The translations under genes were made by a program, and so were the position numbers. This document shows, piece by piece, positions 1 through 10,279 of a stretch of DNA of 59,692 bases. This DNA is from Phycisphaerales bacterium (GTDB taxonomy: Bacteria > Planctomycetota > Phycisphaerae > Phycisphaerales > UBA1924), in assembly GCA_035654175.1 (NCBI GenBank), contig DASRXL010000059.1, positions 1-59,692 of the forward strand, in the 5' to 3' direction. The stretch's first letter is position 1. Each line of letters starts with the position of its first letter. The notes beneath the pieces are model-generated. The model did not search any database, was not told where the DNA came from, and saw only the letters and a program-made list of their open reading frames with translations.

Positions 1-231
1 GCGCTGCCCGGGCAGCAGGTCTGGGCCGTGCAGTACCGTCCCACCCAGGCGATCCTCCGCGTCACGTGCCGCGCCGACATCAACGCCGACGGCACGCTGA
101 ACACCCAGGACGTCCTGGCGTTCCTCAACGCCTGGACGGCCGGCGACCCCACCGGCGACTTCAACCGCGACGGCAACATCAACACCCTCGACGTGCTCGC
201 CTTCCTCAACAGCTGGACCAGCGGCTGCTGA
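1..231 (+). CDS. C-terminal fragment of a secreted protein ending in a GC-type dockerin-like module (5' end outside window)
   Basis: Frame open from base 1. Two Asp/Asn-rich calcium-loop-like repeats (DINADGTLNTQD, DFNRDGNINTLD), each followed by VLAFLN-W. Ends SGC-stop, like the proteins ending at 1924 and 49486. Confidence 0.7.
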   Translation, partial: ALPGQQVWAVQYRPTQAILRVTCRADINADGTLNTQDVLAFLNAWTAGDPTGDFNRDGNINTLDVLAFLNSWTSGC

Positions 232-260
232 GCAAACCCCCAGCCTTCTCCCCCCGCCCC

Positions 261-300
261 CGGGCGGGCGGCGCCGCGAGGCCCGCCCGCCCGGTTCTCG
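261..300 (+). terminator. Possible stem-loop terminator
   Basis: CGGGCGGGC (261-269) pairs with GCCCGCCCG (281-289), followed by a T-containing tail GGTTCTCGTT. The U-tract is weak. Confidence 0.4.
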
Positions 301-472
301 TTGGTCCGCCCCGCGGTACTCCGGGAGGCGGCATCCCACCGCGGCGAACCCCGGGGAAACAGAAAGTCTGTCAATTTGGGCAACGAGAGGCATTGGCGCG
401 GGCCCCGTCGGCGTGTAGGTTTATGTGTGCGCGTCGGTGGAGTGCCGCGCGCGGAACCAAGGAGAGATCGAA

Positions 473-1924
473 ATGCGTACCCGCATCGCTGTAGGCGTCA
501 TCGCCCTCATCGCCGGCTCCGCCGCCGGCCAAGCCTCTCGCGACACCGTGCACACCGGGCGCGACGGCGCCGCGATCATCCGCGACGCGCTGCCGCTCCT
601 CGTGCAGCAGCCGCCGGCCGGCGCCGAGCGCGAGGGGATTCTCTGGACCTACGTGGATCCCGTGTCGATCACCGAGTCCGTCTCGCTCGGCAACGCCGGC
701 GCCGAGTCGTGGGTGTCGCACACGCTCAACGACGAGCGCATCAGCAAGTTCACGACCACCGGCGACGGCAACCCCGACTTCGTCTTCTCGCTCGACGCCG
801 AGTCGCCGTTCTCGATCGGCGTGAGCGCGGCAGAGGCGGCCTCGCTCTGCGCGGCGATCGCGAAGCCGAGCACCGCGCCGGTCACCGTCTGGGCGTTCTC
901 GGACGCCGGCGGCGGCACGCCCCTGTGGACGCACGTCTTCGACGCGGCGTACACGAACTCCTCCAAGCACAACGTGAGCGTGAGCGCCGACGGCGCCCGC
1001 GTCGCCGCCCTGGCCTACGACGGCGCGAACTCGCTCCTGGTCATCCTCGACGGCGCCGGCGCCGAGCTCGGCAGCGTCGAGGTCGCCGGCTTCTGCTCGG
1101 GCGTCGAGATCAGCGCCGACGGCTCGCGCGTCGTCGTCACCGCCGGCGAGTACGCCCGTCTCTACGACACGGCGACGCTCACCGAGCAGTACGCCCTGCG
1201 CACCTCGGGCTCCGGCGGCTTCCACCGCATCTCGCGCGACGGCACCGCCATCGCCGCGGGCGGCTTCAACATCAAGGCCGCACGGGAGGTCGGCGGCGTG
1301 TGGCAGGAGGTCTACTCGGGCACGGGCACGAACGACTGGTTCGGCTGGGGCGTGGCCCTCAGCGGCGACGGCGAGACGCTGTTCGTCCTCAGCCACGATT
1401 ACGTGCAGAACTATCTCGCCAACGACCACCGCGTCGTCGATCTCACCACCGGCACGGTGGTCGCGCAGAACGGCTACGTCGGCTCCGGCGCCAAGCAGAA
1501 CTCCGCCGTGGGCGCCCAGGCCAATGGCGACGGCACGCTCTTCGTCGCCGCATCCTGGGGCGATGCCGGCAACACCCAGCCCGAGGTGCGGATCTACGAC
1601 CGCGACCTCAACCTCGTCGGCTCCATCGACACCCCCGGCTCGCCGTACGACGTGAGCATGAACGCCAGCGGGCGCTACGTCCTCGTCGGCAGCAAGGCCG
1701 TGCACGCGAACGACTTCGGCAACGGCGGACGCACCTACGCCTACGAGACCGCGGCCTCCTGCGTCGCCGACTTCAACGGCGACGGCGTCGTCGACACCCG
1801 CGACGTGATCGCGTTCCTCAACGCCTGGAACGCCCAGGACGCCGCCAGCGACTGCGACGGCAACGGCGTCATCGACACCCGCGACGTGATCTGCTTCCTC
1901 AACGAGTGGAACGCCGGCTGCTGA
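473..1924 (+). CDS. Secreted beta-propeller-like repeat protein with C-terminal GC-type dockerin-like module
   Basis: Start re-called at MRTRIAVGVIALIAGSAAGQ (signal-peptide-like). Repeated SADG/SGDG/SRDG strand motifs. The C-terminus has DFNGDGVVDTRD and DCDGNGVIDTRD loops and ends NAGC-stop. Confidence 0.8.
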   Translation: MRTRIAVGVIALIAGSAAGQASRDTVHTGRDGAAIIRDALPLLVQQPPAGAEREGILWTYVDPVSITESVSLGNAGAESWVSHTLNDERISKFTTTGDGNPDFVFSLDAESPFSIGVSAAEAASLCAAIAKPSTAPVTVWAFSDAGGGTPLWTHVFDAAYTNSSKHNVSVSADGARVAALAYDGANSLLVILDGAGAELGSVEVAGFCSGVEISADGSRVVVTAGEYARLYDTATLTEQYALRTSGSGGFHRISRDGTAIAAGGFNIKAAREVGGVWQEVYSGTGTNDWFGWGVALSGDGETLFVLSHDYVQNYLANDHRVVDLTTGTVVAQNGYVGSGAKQNSAVGAQANGDGTLFVAASWGDAGNTQPEVRIYDRDLNLVGSIDTPGSPYDVSMNASGRYVLVGSKAVHANDFGNGGRTYAYETAASCVADFNGDGVVDTRDVIAFLNAWNAQDAASDCDGNGVIDTRDVICFLNEWNAGC

Positions 1925-1950
1925 GCCGCAGGGCAACGCAAGCCACCCAG

Positions 1951-1983
1951 GCGGGGCGGGAGCGATCCCGCCCCGCTTTCGTT
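1951..1983 (+). terminator. Rho-independent terminator
   Basis: Perfect 11-bp stem GCGGGGCGGGA / TCCCGCCCCGC with GCGA loop, followed by TTTCGTT, 27 nt after the stop at 1924. Confidence 0.7.
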
Positions 1984-2450
1984 CACACGCCCCGCCGTCG
2001 GGCACGCGATCGACATCACGCAGGCCGGCCCGCCACGGCCCCTGCGCGTCCCAGCCCCCCGGCCGGTCCGCGAATGCCCGAACGGCGTCTTGTTGCCCAA
2101 ACCCGGCTTCAAGGTGGGCTCCTGGCCCCCGGTCCCGGTCTTCCGCTCGTCGGCGGCTTGACCATCGCCGGGGTTTGCTCTGGAGCCCGCGGGTTGGCGC
2201 AAAGGTTGGACAAACCGTTGCGCCGCCCGGACACCTTCTCGCGGACCGACCGGAGGGCCGGTGCGCCGGCGCCGGCCGAACACCCGGTCGCGCTCGCGCC
2301 GGGCGGTCACAATGTACCCTCGATTGAGGGGGGAGCCAGGGTTCGTGCCCGGCGAGCCCGGATTTCCACCGCCCTTCCCCAGACGCCCGCCCTCTCCGGG
2401 AACCCCGCGCCGCCACGTTCGGATATGCTTGGCGAGCGGCCGCTTGCGCA

Positions 2451-2479
2451 TTGACGCCCCCGCCCCGAGCCGCTACAAC
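2451..2479 (+). promoter_or_regulatory. Candidate sigma-70-type promoter
   Basis: TTGACG, a 17-nt spacer, then TACAAC. AAGGAG lies at 2489-2494 and the ATG at 2502. Confidence 0.4.
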
Positions 2480-2501
2480 ACGCCTTCCAAGGAGTGACGG
2501 C

Positions 2502-2789
2502 ATGAGTACCCCCACGAAGCGCACGATGTCCCTGGCTCTGGTCCTCGCCGCGGCGGGCGCGCTCGCCGGGTGCAGCACCGCCACCAGCCAGGCCGACCAC
2601 GCCCAGGCCGAGCAGATCCGCGCAGACCTCACCCCCGAGCTCGACACGCTCTACCAGCGTCCGGACGACATCTACAACAGCATGACCATCATGGCCGACG
2701 AGAACGGGCGCATGTTCATGCAGGACCTCGGCCGGGCCTTCTACACCGACCGCCCCAGCCGCCTGACCCGCGAGCCGGTGCCCTGGTGA
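2502..2789 (+). CDS. Small lipoprotein, function unknown
   Basis: Start re-called at MSTPTKRTMSLALVLAAAGALAGC, preceded by a GGAG RBS. LAGC matches a lipobox. GC3-rich frame. Confidence 0.65.
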   Translation: MSTPTKRTMSLALVLAAAGALAGCSTATSQADHAQAEQIRADLTPELDTLYQRPDDIYNSMTIMADENGRMFMQDLGRAFYTDRPSRLTREPVPW

Positions 2790-2814
2790 GCCGCGAACGA
2801 ACCTGACCACGCAG

Positions 2815-2846
2815 AAAGGCCCACCCTCTGGGTGGGCCTTTCTCTT
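2815..2846. terminator. Bidirectional stem-loop terminator between convergent genes
   Basis: Perfect 12-bp stem AAAGGCCCACCC / GGGTGGGCCTTT with a 3-nt loop. The A-run on one side and T-run on the other would let it serve both strands. Confidence 0.75.
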
Positions 2847-2873
2847 GCGCAACGCCGTGGTGGAGCGGCGTCG

Positions 2874-3332
2874 CTACGTGCTGGAGCGCCGCGAGCGCTC
2901 GGGCTGGTACTCGATCGACGCGAGCACGAACGTGCGCGGCCTGGGGCCGATTACGCGGAACGTGGACCCCTGCTTCACCCCGAGCATCGCCGCCCCGAGC
3001 GGCGAGAGCACCGAGAGCCCGCAGGGCACGGACTCCTCCTCCCCCGGGTAGCAGAGCACGTACTCCTCGTCCCCGCCGTGGTTGGAGCCGATGCGGACCC
3101 GCGAGTGCATGGTGACCACGTCGCGCGGGATCTCCCGCGCGTCGACGGCGCGGGCGTTCTCCAGCACCCACCGGATGTACTCGGTCGTCGCCGGCCCGTT
3201 CTCCGGCGAGCCGAGATACCGGTCCAGCCGCTCGAGGTCGAGGCGGTTGACGATCGGTCGCTCAGAATCGGACGGCGCCCCCGCCGCGCTCGCGCGCGAC
3301 GGGGCGCCGTCCACAGGGGGCAGTGTGGTCAT
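2874..3332 (-). CDS. Rnk-like regulator (GreA/GreB C-terminal domain family)
   Basis: Start re-called at MTTLPPVDG. VTMHSRVRI...LSVLSPLGAAMLGVKQG matches the GreA/B C-terminal/Rnk signature. Confidence 0.8.
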   Translation of the reverse strand: MTTLPPVDGAPSRASAAGAPSDSERPIVNRLDLERLDRYLGSPENGPATTEYIRWVLENARAVDAREIPRDVVTMHSRVRIGSNHGGDEEYVLCYPGEEESVPCGLSVLSPLGAAMLGVKQGSTFRVIGPRPRTFVLASIEYQPERSRRSST

Positions 3333-3757
3333 GTCATTGATCCTCTCAGCCCATGCAGGTCGCCCGCGGCCTCCGGCTGGAAGAGGACCCCGAGCACATC
3401 GCACGCACGCTCGCCGCCGGGCACGCGGAACTCCACGCGCTCGCCGACCCTGCGCCCGAGCAGCGCCGCGCCCAGGGGCGCTAGGACGGAGATCCTGCCG
3501 GTCTCGGCGTCCGCCTCCTCGGGGAACACCAGCGTGATCGTCCACGTGCGCAGCCCGTCGCGCAGCCGGACGCGGGAGTTCATCGTGACGAACTCCGGCG
3601 GGATGCGCTCGGGCCACACCTTCACCGCGCGGTCGAGAGCCTCGCGCAGCGCGTCGAGGTGGGGTCGGTCCGCGTCATCGGCGCCCTGCGCCTCGTCGAC
3701 GGCGCGGCGCAGCCGGTCCAGGTCGTCGGGCGTCACATGGATCGTGCGTCCGCTCAT
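3329..3757 (-). CDS. Rnk-like regulator (GreA/GreB C-terminal domain family), tandem paralogue
   Basis: Start re-called at MSGRTIHVTPDDL. VTMNSRVRL...ISVLAPLGAALLGRRVG. Its stop overlaps the downstream start (ATGA at 3329-3332). Confidence 0.8.
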   Translation of the reverse strand: MSGRTIHVTPDDLDRLRRAVDEAQGADDADRPHLDALREALDRAVKVWPERIPPEFVTMNSRVRLRDGLRTWTITLVFPEEADAETGRISVLAPLGAALLGRRVGERVEFRVPGGERACDVLGVLFQPEAAGDLHGLRGSMT

Positions 3758-3786
3758 GAATGCGCCTCCGTGATCTCGTGTCGCGC

Positions 3787-5118
3787 TCACGGGAAAATCC
3801 CGCGCTCTTGGTACACCTGCTCGATCCTGCCGAGCGCCACGACGTACGCCGCGGTCCGCCAGTCGAGCCGCCGCTGGTTGGCGACGGCCTTCACGAGCGA
3901 ATAGGCGCGGACGATCGTCTCGCGCAGGCGGAGGTCCACCTCGCGCACGTCCCAGGTCGCCCGGCTCCTGCTCTGGAGCCACTCGAAATAGCTGACGATC
4001 ACGCCGCCGGCGTTGCAGAGCACGTCCGGCAGCACGTGGATCCCCCGCGCCTGCAGCACCGCGTCGCCCTCCGTCGTGGTCGGGCCGTTGGCGCCCTCCG
4101 CGACCAGCCGCACCTGGAGCAGGTGCGCCGTCTCGCCGGTGATCTGGTTCTCGAGGGCCGCGGGGATGAAGACGTCGGCGCTGGTCCGCAGGAACTCCCC
4201 GCGCGTCACCGCCGCGGCCCCCGCGAAGCCTCGCACCCCGCCCGCCTGGCGCACGTGCGCCGCGAGCGCCTCGGCATCGATGCCCTCCGCAGCACGCACC
4301 GCCCCCGTCACGTCCTCCACCGCCACGAGCCTGGCGCCGAGCCCCTGAAGGATGCGCGCCGCCCAGCCCCCCACGTTGCCGAAGCCCTGCACGATGAACG
4401 TCAGGCCGCGCACCTCCACCCCGTTGTCCTCGGCCCAGCGCACCACCAGGTCCGCGACGCCCTGGCCAGTCGCCTTCTCACGCCCCGGCGAGCCCCCCGC
4501 CGCCACCGGCTTGCCGGTCACCACGCCGAGCGCCGCGTGCCGCTCGCCGGGCGGCAGCGTCGCGGCGTAGGCGTCCACCACCCAGGCCATCGTCCGGCTG
4601 TTGGTGTTCACGTCCGGAGCGGGGATGTCGTAGTCCGGACCGATGTTCGGCCCCAGCGCGTACACGAATCGGCGCGTGAGCCGCTCCAGCTCGGCCTGGC
4701 TCAGCTTCGAGGGATCGACCTGCACCCCTCCCTTGCCGCCGCCGAACGGGATGTCGACGAGGGCGCACTTGATCGTCATCCACGCCGCGAGCGCGCGGAC
4801 CTCGTCGATGCTCACGTCAGGGTGGTACCTGATGCCGCCCTTGTACGGCCCGAGCGCGTTGTTGTGCTGCACGCGGTAGCCGGTGAACGTCTCGACGCGC
4901 CCGTCGTCCATGCGCACCGGGAAGTTGACGCGCACCTCGCACTGGGGCTGCGCGAGGATCTTCCGCAGCGCGGGGGAGAGCTCGTGCGTCGACGCGGCGC
5001 GGGCGAGCTGGTCCTGCACGCGCTGGTAGAGCCTCGGCTGCGCGGGCGCGTCGGCGTGCGAAGCCGCGCTCCCGGGTGCGGTGGTGGTGGAGGCGGTGGC
5101 GCCGTTAGACCGTGACAT
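3787..5118 (-). CDS. gdhA: Glutamate dehydrogenase (Glu/Leu/Phe/Val dehydrogenase family)
   Basis: KGGIRYHPDVSIDEVRALAAWMTIKCALVDIPFGGGKGGV catalytic-lysine region, plus a Rossmann GFGNVG motif. Start re-called at MSRSNGAT. Confidence 0.9.
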   Translation of the reverse strand: MSRSNGATASTTTAPGSAASHADAPAQPRLYQRVQDQLARAASTHELSPALRKILAQPQCEVRVNFPVRMDDGRVETFTGYRVQHNNALGPYKGGIRYHPDVSIDEVRALAAWMTIKCALVDIPFGGGKGGVQVDPSKLSQAELERLTRRFVYALGPNIGPDYDIPAPDVNTNSRTMAWVVDAYAATLPPGERHAALGVVTGKPVAAGGSPGREKATGQGVADLVVRWAEDNGVEVRGLTFIVQGFGNVGGWAARILQGLGARLVAVEDVTGAVRAAEGIDAEALAAHVRQAGGVRGFAGAAAVTRGEFLRTSADVFIPAALENQITGETAHLLQVRLVAEGANGPTTTEGDAVLQARGIHVLPDVLCNAGGVIVSYFEWLQSRSRATWDVREVDLRLRETIVRAYSLVKAVANQRRLDWRTAAYVVALGRIEQVYQERGIFP

Positions 5119-5164
5119 CGGTGCGTCCTTTCTGGATAGGCGTGAAGATCGACGCCGGGACGCA

Positions 5165-5181
5165 ATGCAACGACCGTGCCG
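5165..5181 (-). promoter_or_regulatory. Sigma-54 (-24/-12) promoter upstream of gdhA
   Basis: The minus strand reads CGGCACGGTCGTTGCAT. GG and GC have the canonical spacing of TGGCACG-N4-TTGCW. Its 3' end lies 46 nt upstream of the ATG at 5118. Confidence 0.55.
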
Positions 5182-5280
5182 CGAGGGGATCGCCGGGGAG
5201 AGGCCGCGAGCAGGGCCGAAACCGGCGGGCAACCCCGCCGCGCGCGGGGAGAAACACCCCGCCGGGGCGTTTCGCACCGC

Positions 5281-6620
<1,340 letters not shown>

Positions 6621-6639
<19 letters not shown>

Positions 6640-7811
6640 GCCGCCTCATCTCTCGGTGCGCGCGCGACCATCGGCAGGCGCACCGTGAAGCGCGAGCCGC
6701 GCCCCGGCTCGGACCGCACCTCGATCGCGCCGCCGTGCCCGGCCACGATGCCCTGCACCACCGAGAGGCCGAGCCCCGTGCCCCGGCCGACCTCCTTGGT
6801 GGTGAAGAACGGATCGAACGCGTGGCGAGCGACCTCCTCGGGCATGCCGCACCCGGTGTCCTCGACCCCGAGCGCGACCTCCTCCGGCCCGCGCTCGGTC
6901 GAGACGGTGATCACCCCCCCACCGGCGCTCGCGGCGTGCATGGCGTTCACCACGAGATTGACGAGCACCTGCCGGACCTGCACCGGGTCGGCCTCGATCT
7001 CCGGCAGGTCCGGCGCCAGCCGCTGGACGAACCGGATGCCGGGCTGCTCGCACCCCGCCTCCATCAGGAAGACCACCTCCTCCACGAGCGCGTTGAGAGA
7101 GAGCCGCTGGCGGCTCGCCGGCCCCTGGTGCGCGAAGGCCAGCAGCTTGCGGATCACCTCGCGCCCGTGCAGCGACGCGCGCACGATCTTGTCCAGGTCG
7201 GCCCGCGCCTCCTCGGGCAGGCGCTCGCCGCGCAGCGCCAGCTGCGCGAAGCCGAGGATGTTGCCCAGCGGCTCGTTCAGCTCGTGCGCGACGCCCGCGG
7301 CGAGCTGGCCGATGGTCGCGAGCCGGTCGGCGTGTCTGAGCTGCGCCTCCGCCGCGGCGCGCCGCTCCTCCGCCTCGGCGCGCTCCACGAACACCGCCAC
7401 TTGGCGCGCGACCGCGTCGAGCAGCGAGCGCTCCTCCGGGAGGAACAGACCCTCGTCGGCGCCGGCGCGCCCGTAGGCGACCCGCACCTCGCCGCGCTTG
7501 CGCCCGGCCACCACAATGTCGCTCGAGAGCGCGTTCGCCGCCGCCGCCGGGAACCCGGGCGTGCGCTCCTCGACACCGTCGATGCCCAGGGCGGCGTACG
7601 CCTCGTCGGGGAATCTCCACGCCCCGGGCAGGATCGAGACGATCCGCCGAAAGCATCCGGACAGGTCGGCGCGGTGCTCGACGAAGGCGAGCGTGACCTC
7701 ATAGAGGCATGTCAGCTCTTTGACCCGCTCGCGCAGCCGGTCGTGCGAGTCGCTCGCGGGCACAGCATCGCCGCGGCCGCCGCCGGCGCTCTGAGATCTT
7801 CGACGTGTCAT
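6621..7811 (-). CDS. Sensor histidine kinase
   Basis: H-box LAAGVAHELNEPL and HATPase_c motifs (NLVVNAMHA, DTGCGM, GTGLGLS). Overlaps the downstream NtrC-type gene by 19 nt. Confidence 0.85.
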
Positions 7812-7931
7812 GACTCGCCGGATCCTATGCCCCGCGCGAAGTCGACGGTCCGCGCGTGCAACGCCCCGCCGGCTGCCGCCGGCGGGGCTCGCTCAGGCTC
7901 CGGTCCCCCTGCCGGCGCGGACCCGCGAAGG

Positions 7932-8453
7932 TCACGCCGCGGTGTAGGCGCCGCGCCCGGTTTTCTTAATGAGCTCGCTCCGCAGGAGCGCCTGGTTCAC
8001 GATCGTGCGGAAGTTGGGGGAGGAAGTCTTGTAGCCGGCCTTCTGCACCGCGTCGGCGACCTCGCTGACGCCCATCGTCTTGCCTTTGAGCACCTTCGCG
8101 AGCGCCACCTCGAGGCTCTCGGCGTTCCGCGGGCGCTTCCCGCCGCCGGCGCGCGCCGCGCGACGGCCGCCACGACGCCCGGCGCCTGACGCGCCCGCCG
8201 GACGCCCGCGCCGCGCCCCGCGCCCCCGGCCGGCGCGCCCCGCGGCGCCGATCGCCGAGCTGATCGTGGAGATCTCGGCCTCCACCTGCTCGAGCTGCGC
8301 CGTCAGCTCGTCGCGCCGGGCCTCGAGCTTGTCGAGATCCCGGGAGCGCCGCTCGAGCTCCGCGCGCAGCTCCATGGTGGACACGCCGCGCAGCGCGCCG
8401 CCCGATGCGCCGCGCCGCGCGGACCCTCTGCCCGCCCTTTTCTTCTTCGCCAT
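7932..8453 (-). CDS. Basic coiled-coil protein with C-terminal HARE-HTH-like domain
   Basis: N-terminal KKKR/RG-rich segments and a coiled coil (ELRAELERRSRDLDKLEARRDELTAQLEQVEAE). The C-terminus LEVALAKVLKGKTMGVSEVADAVQKAGYKTSSPNFRTIVNQAL...TGRGAYT resembles HARE-HTH. Confidence 0.6.
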   Translation of the reverse strand: MAKKKRAGRGSARRGASGGALRGVSTMELRAELERRSRDLDKLEARRDELTAQLEQVEAEISTISSAIGAAGRAGRGRGARRGRPAGASGAGRRGGRRAARAGGGKRPRNAESLEVALAKVLKGKTMGVSEVADAVQKAGYKTSSPNFRTIVNQALLRSELIKKTGRGAYTAA

Positions 8454-8532
8454 GCCGATAGTCTCCGTGCTTACTGCGAGTGCCGCAGGTTTGGGGGATG
8501 AGCGCGCGGCACATCACCAGCGCGCGCTTGCG

Positions 8533-8562
8533 ATACTAGTGCGTGCATGCAGACCGATGCAA
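8533..8562 (-). promoter_or_regulatory. Candidate sigma-70-type promoter
   Basis: The minus strand reads TTGCAT-N18-TAGTAT in an unusually A/T-rich 178-nt intergenic region upstream of the 7932..8453 gene. Confidence 0.35.
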
Positions 8563-8631
8563 GCTAAAGTCGGCGTTATCCCCCGCCGGCCGCGGTCATA
8601 AAGACTTCGGCTCCAACCGTACAGCGAGCGA

Positions 8632-9642
8632 TCAGGCCGAATCTTCATCCGACAGTCCGATGCGGCGCATAACATCCTCGAAGTGCTCGAGACTGTAGAA
8701 CTCGACCACCAGCCGCCCGCGGTTCCCCTTGGCGCGCAGGTCGATGCGCGCCTTCGTACCCAAGTGCGCGGTAATCCGGCGCTCAAGATCCCCGAGGATG
8801 GCCGCGCGCTGTGTTTGGCCCGCGTTCGCCGGCGCGACGCCCGGATTCTTAGAAGGTCCGGCGCTCTCGGCCTCCTCGCGCGCCACGGCCTCGATGCGCC
8901 GTACCGACCACGACTCCTCCACCGCGCGCTCGGCCAATCGGCGGCGCGAAGCGCCCGCGGGCGCCGCCAGAAGCGCCCGCGCGTGGCCCATCGAGAGCGA
9001 CCCCGCCCCCACCATCTCCTGGATCTCCGCCTCCAGGTCGGTGAGCCGTATGAGATTCGAGACCGTGGAGCGGTCCAGCCCCACGCGCTCGCCCAGCTCC
9101 GCATGCCCCAGCGCGAACCGCTCCGCGAGCGCCTTCAGCGCGTGCGCACGCTCCATCGGATTCAGGTCCTCGCGCTGGATGTTCTCGACCAGCCCCCACT
9201 CCGCGGCTTGCTCGTCGTCCAGGTCCCTCACCAGCGCGGGCAGCAGACTCAGCCCCGCGAGCCTCGCCGCACGCCAGCGCCGCTCGCCGGCCACCAACTC
9301 ATACCCCCCACCGCTCCCCGGGCGCACGATCACCGGCTGCATGAGCCCCGAGCGGCTGATCGAGCTTGCAAGCTGCGCGATCGCGCCCTCATCGAAGTGC
9401 CTGCGCGGCTGGAACGGGCTCGGACGGATCTGATCCACATCGAGGAGCCGACTCCCGGTCGCGGGCTCCGATCGCGGGAGACCGGGCGCGGCCGTCGTGC
9501 TTGGCGCGGGCGTCGTCGGCGTCGGCGCCAGTTCGGGCTCCGGAAATGGTTGGGAAATGTTCGGTTGATCGACGTGGACCGGCTCGCCGGGGTGGATCAG
9601 GCTGCTCAGGCCTCGTCCGAGTCTGCGTGGTTTCTGGGCCAT
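8632..9642 (-). CDS. parB: Chromosome partitioning protein ParB/Spo0J
   Basis: RRLGRGLSSLI, the ParB box GYELVAGERRWRAARLAGL and VENIQREDLNPMERA. Start re-called at MAQKPRRLGRG. Confidence 0.9.
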   Translation of the reverse strand: MAQKPRRLGRGLSSLIHPGEPVHVDQPNISQPFPEPELAPTPTTPAPSTTAAPGLPRSEPATGSRLLDVDQIRPSPFQPRRHFDEGAIAQLASSISRSGLMQPVIVRPGSGGGYELVAGERRWRAARLAGLSLLPALVRDLDDEQAAEWGLVENIQREDLNPMERAHALKALAERFALGHAELGERVGLDRSTVSNLIRLTDLEAEIQEMVGAGSLSMGHARALLAAPAGASRRRLAERAVEESWSVRRIEAVAREEAESAGPSKNPGVAPANAGQTQRAAILGDLERRITAHLGTKARIDLRAKGNRGRLVVEFYSLEHFEDVMRRIGLSDEDSA

Positions 9643-9680
9643 CGGGGGCGCCTCCTTGCGGCCGCGCGGGTGCGGGAGCT

Positions 9681-9692
9681 GTGTTATAACAC
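9681..9692. promoter_or_regulatory. Perfect 12-bp palindrome in the parB/Nudix divergent intergenic region
   Basis: GTGTTATAACAC is the only A/T-rich palindrome in a 98-nt divergent promoter region. It is not the canonical parS sequence. Confidence 0.3.
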
Positions 9693-9740
9693 GGCGCTCC
9701 GGCCGCGGGCGGGCGGAGGGGGGCGCGGAGGGCGGATTCC

Positions 9741-10202
9741 TTGCATGAGAAGCCAAAGCGCATCGAGCTGATCGCGCGTGCCGTCGGCCGGCGGAACGGG
9801 CGGTTACTCCTCTGCCGCAATGTCGCGAATGGCTACGCGTTTCTCCCCGGAGGCCACATCGAGCCCGGCGAGACGGCCGCGGCGGCGTTGGCGAGAGAGT
9901 TCATGGAGGAGTGCGGCGTCCCCGTCACGGTCGGCAACCTGCTCCTCGTGAACGAGCACCGCTTCGTGCAGGACGACCGGCCCCGCCACGAGATCAACCT
10001 CGTGTTCCACGTGGAACCGCGCCAAGGCCCGTGGCCGCAACGGATGCAGAGCCTGGAGAAGGCTATCTCCTTCGAATGGATCGAGCCCGCGGCTCTTCCG
10101 GAGGCCAAGCTCCTCCCCCCCCCGCTGCTCGCATGGCTCCTCGCCGGCGGCCCTGACTCGGATCAGGGACCCTGGCTCAGCGACCCCGGCGCTGTGTCCT
10201 AG
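9741..10202 (+). CDS. NUDIX hydrolase
   Basis: Nudix box GGHIEPGETAAAALAREFMEECGV. Confidence 0.85.
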   Translation: MHEKPKRIELIARAVGRRNGRLLLCRNVANGYAFLPGGHIEPGETAAAALAREFMEECGVPVTVGNLLLVNEHRFVQDDRPRHEINLVFHVEPRQGPWPQRMQSLEKAISFEWIEPAALPEAKLLPPPLLAWLLAGGPDSDQGPWLSDPGAVS

Positions 10203-10279
10203 CCCGCCTGTGTCCGATGCCGTGCTCCGGCTGAAGTCGGTGACCCCGAGGACCGATAGCCGCGGGGAGGACTCCGCGC

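Noticed and set aside
2320-2370. A tRNA-like GGTTCG T-loop string (CCAGGGTTCGTGCCCGG) in the long 1925-2501 intergenic region.
   Set aside because: No acceptor, D or anticodon arms could be built around it, and the flanking pairing is imperfect. No structured RNA could be supported by eye in this 575-nt spacer.
301-2647. Very long overlapping ORFs on both strands (301..2454 +, 371..2647 -), and similar cases at 11443..14724 -, 14630..17548 +, 43562..45973 + and 43674..46145 -.
   Set aside because: Their translations are Arg/Pro/Ala/Gly-rich low-complexity strings. They overlap genes with clear family signatures in another frame or strand. Long spurious ORFs like these are expected at about 70% G+C.
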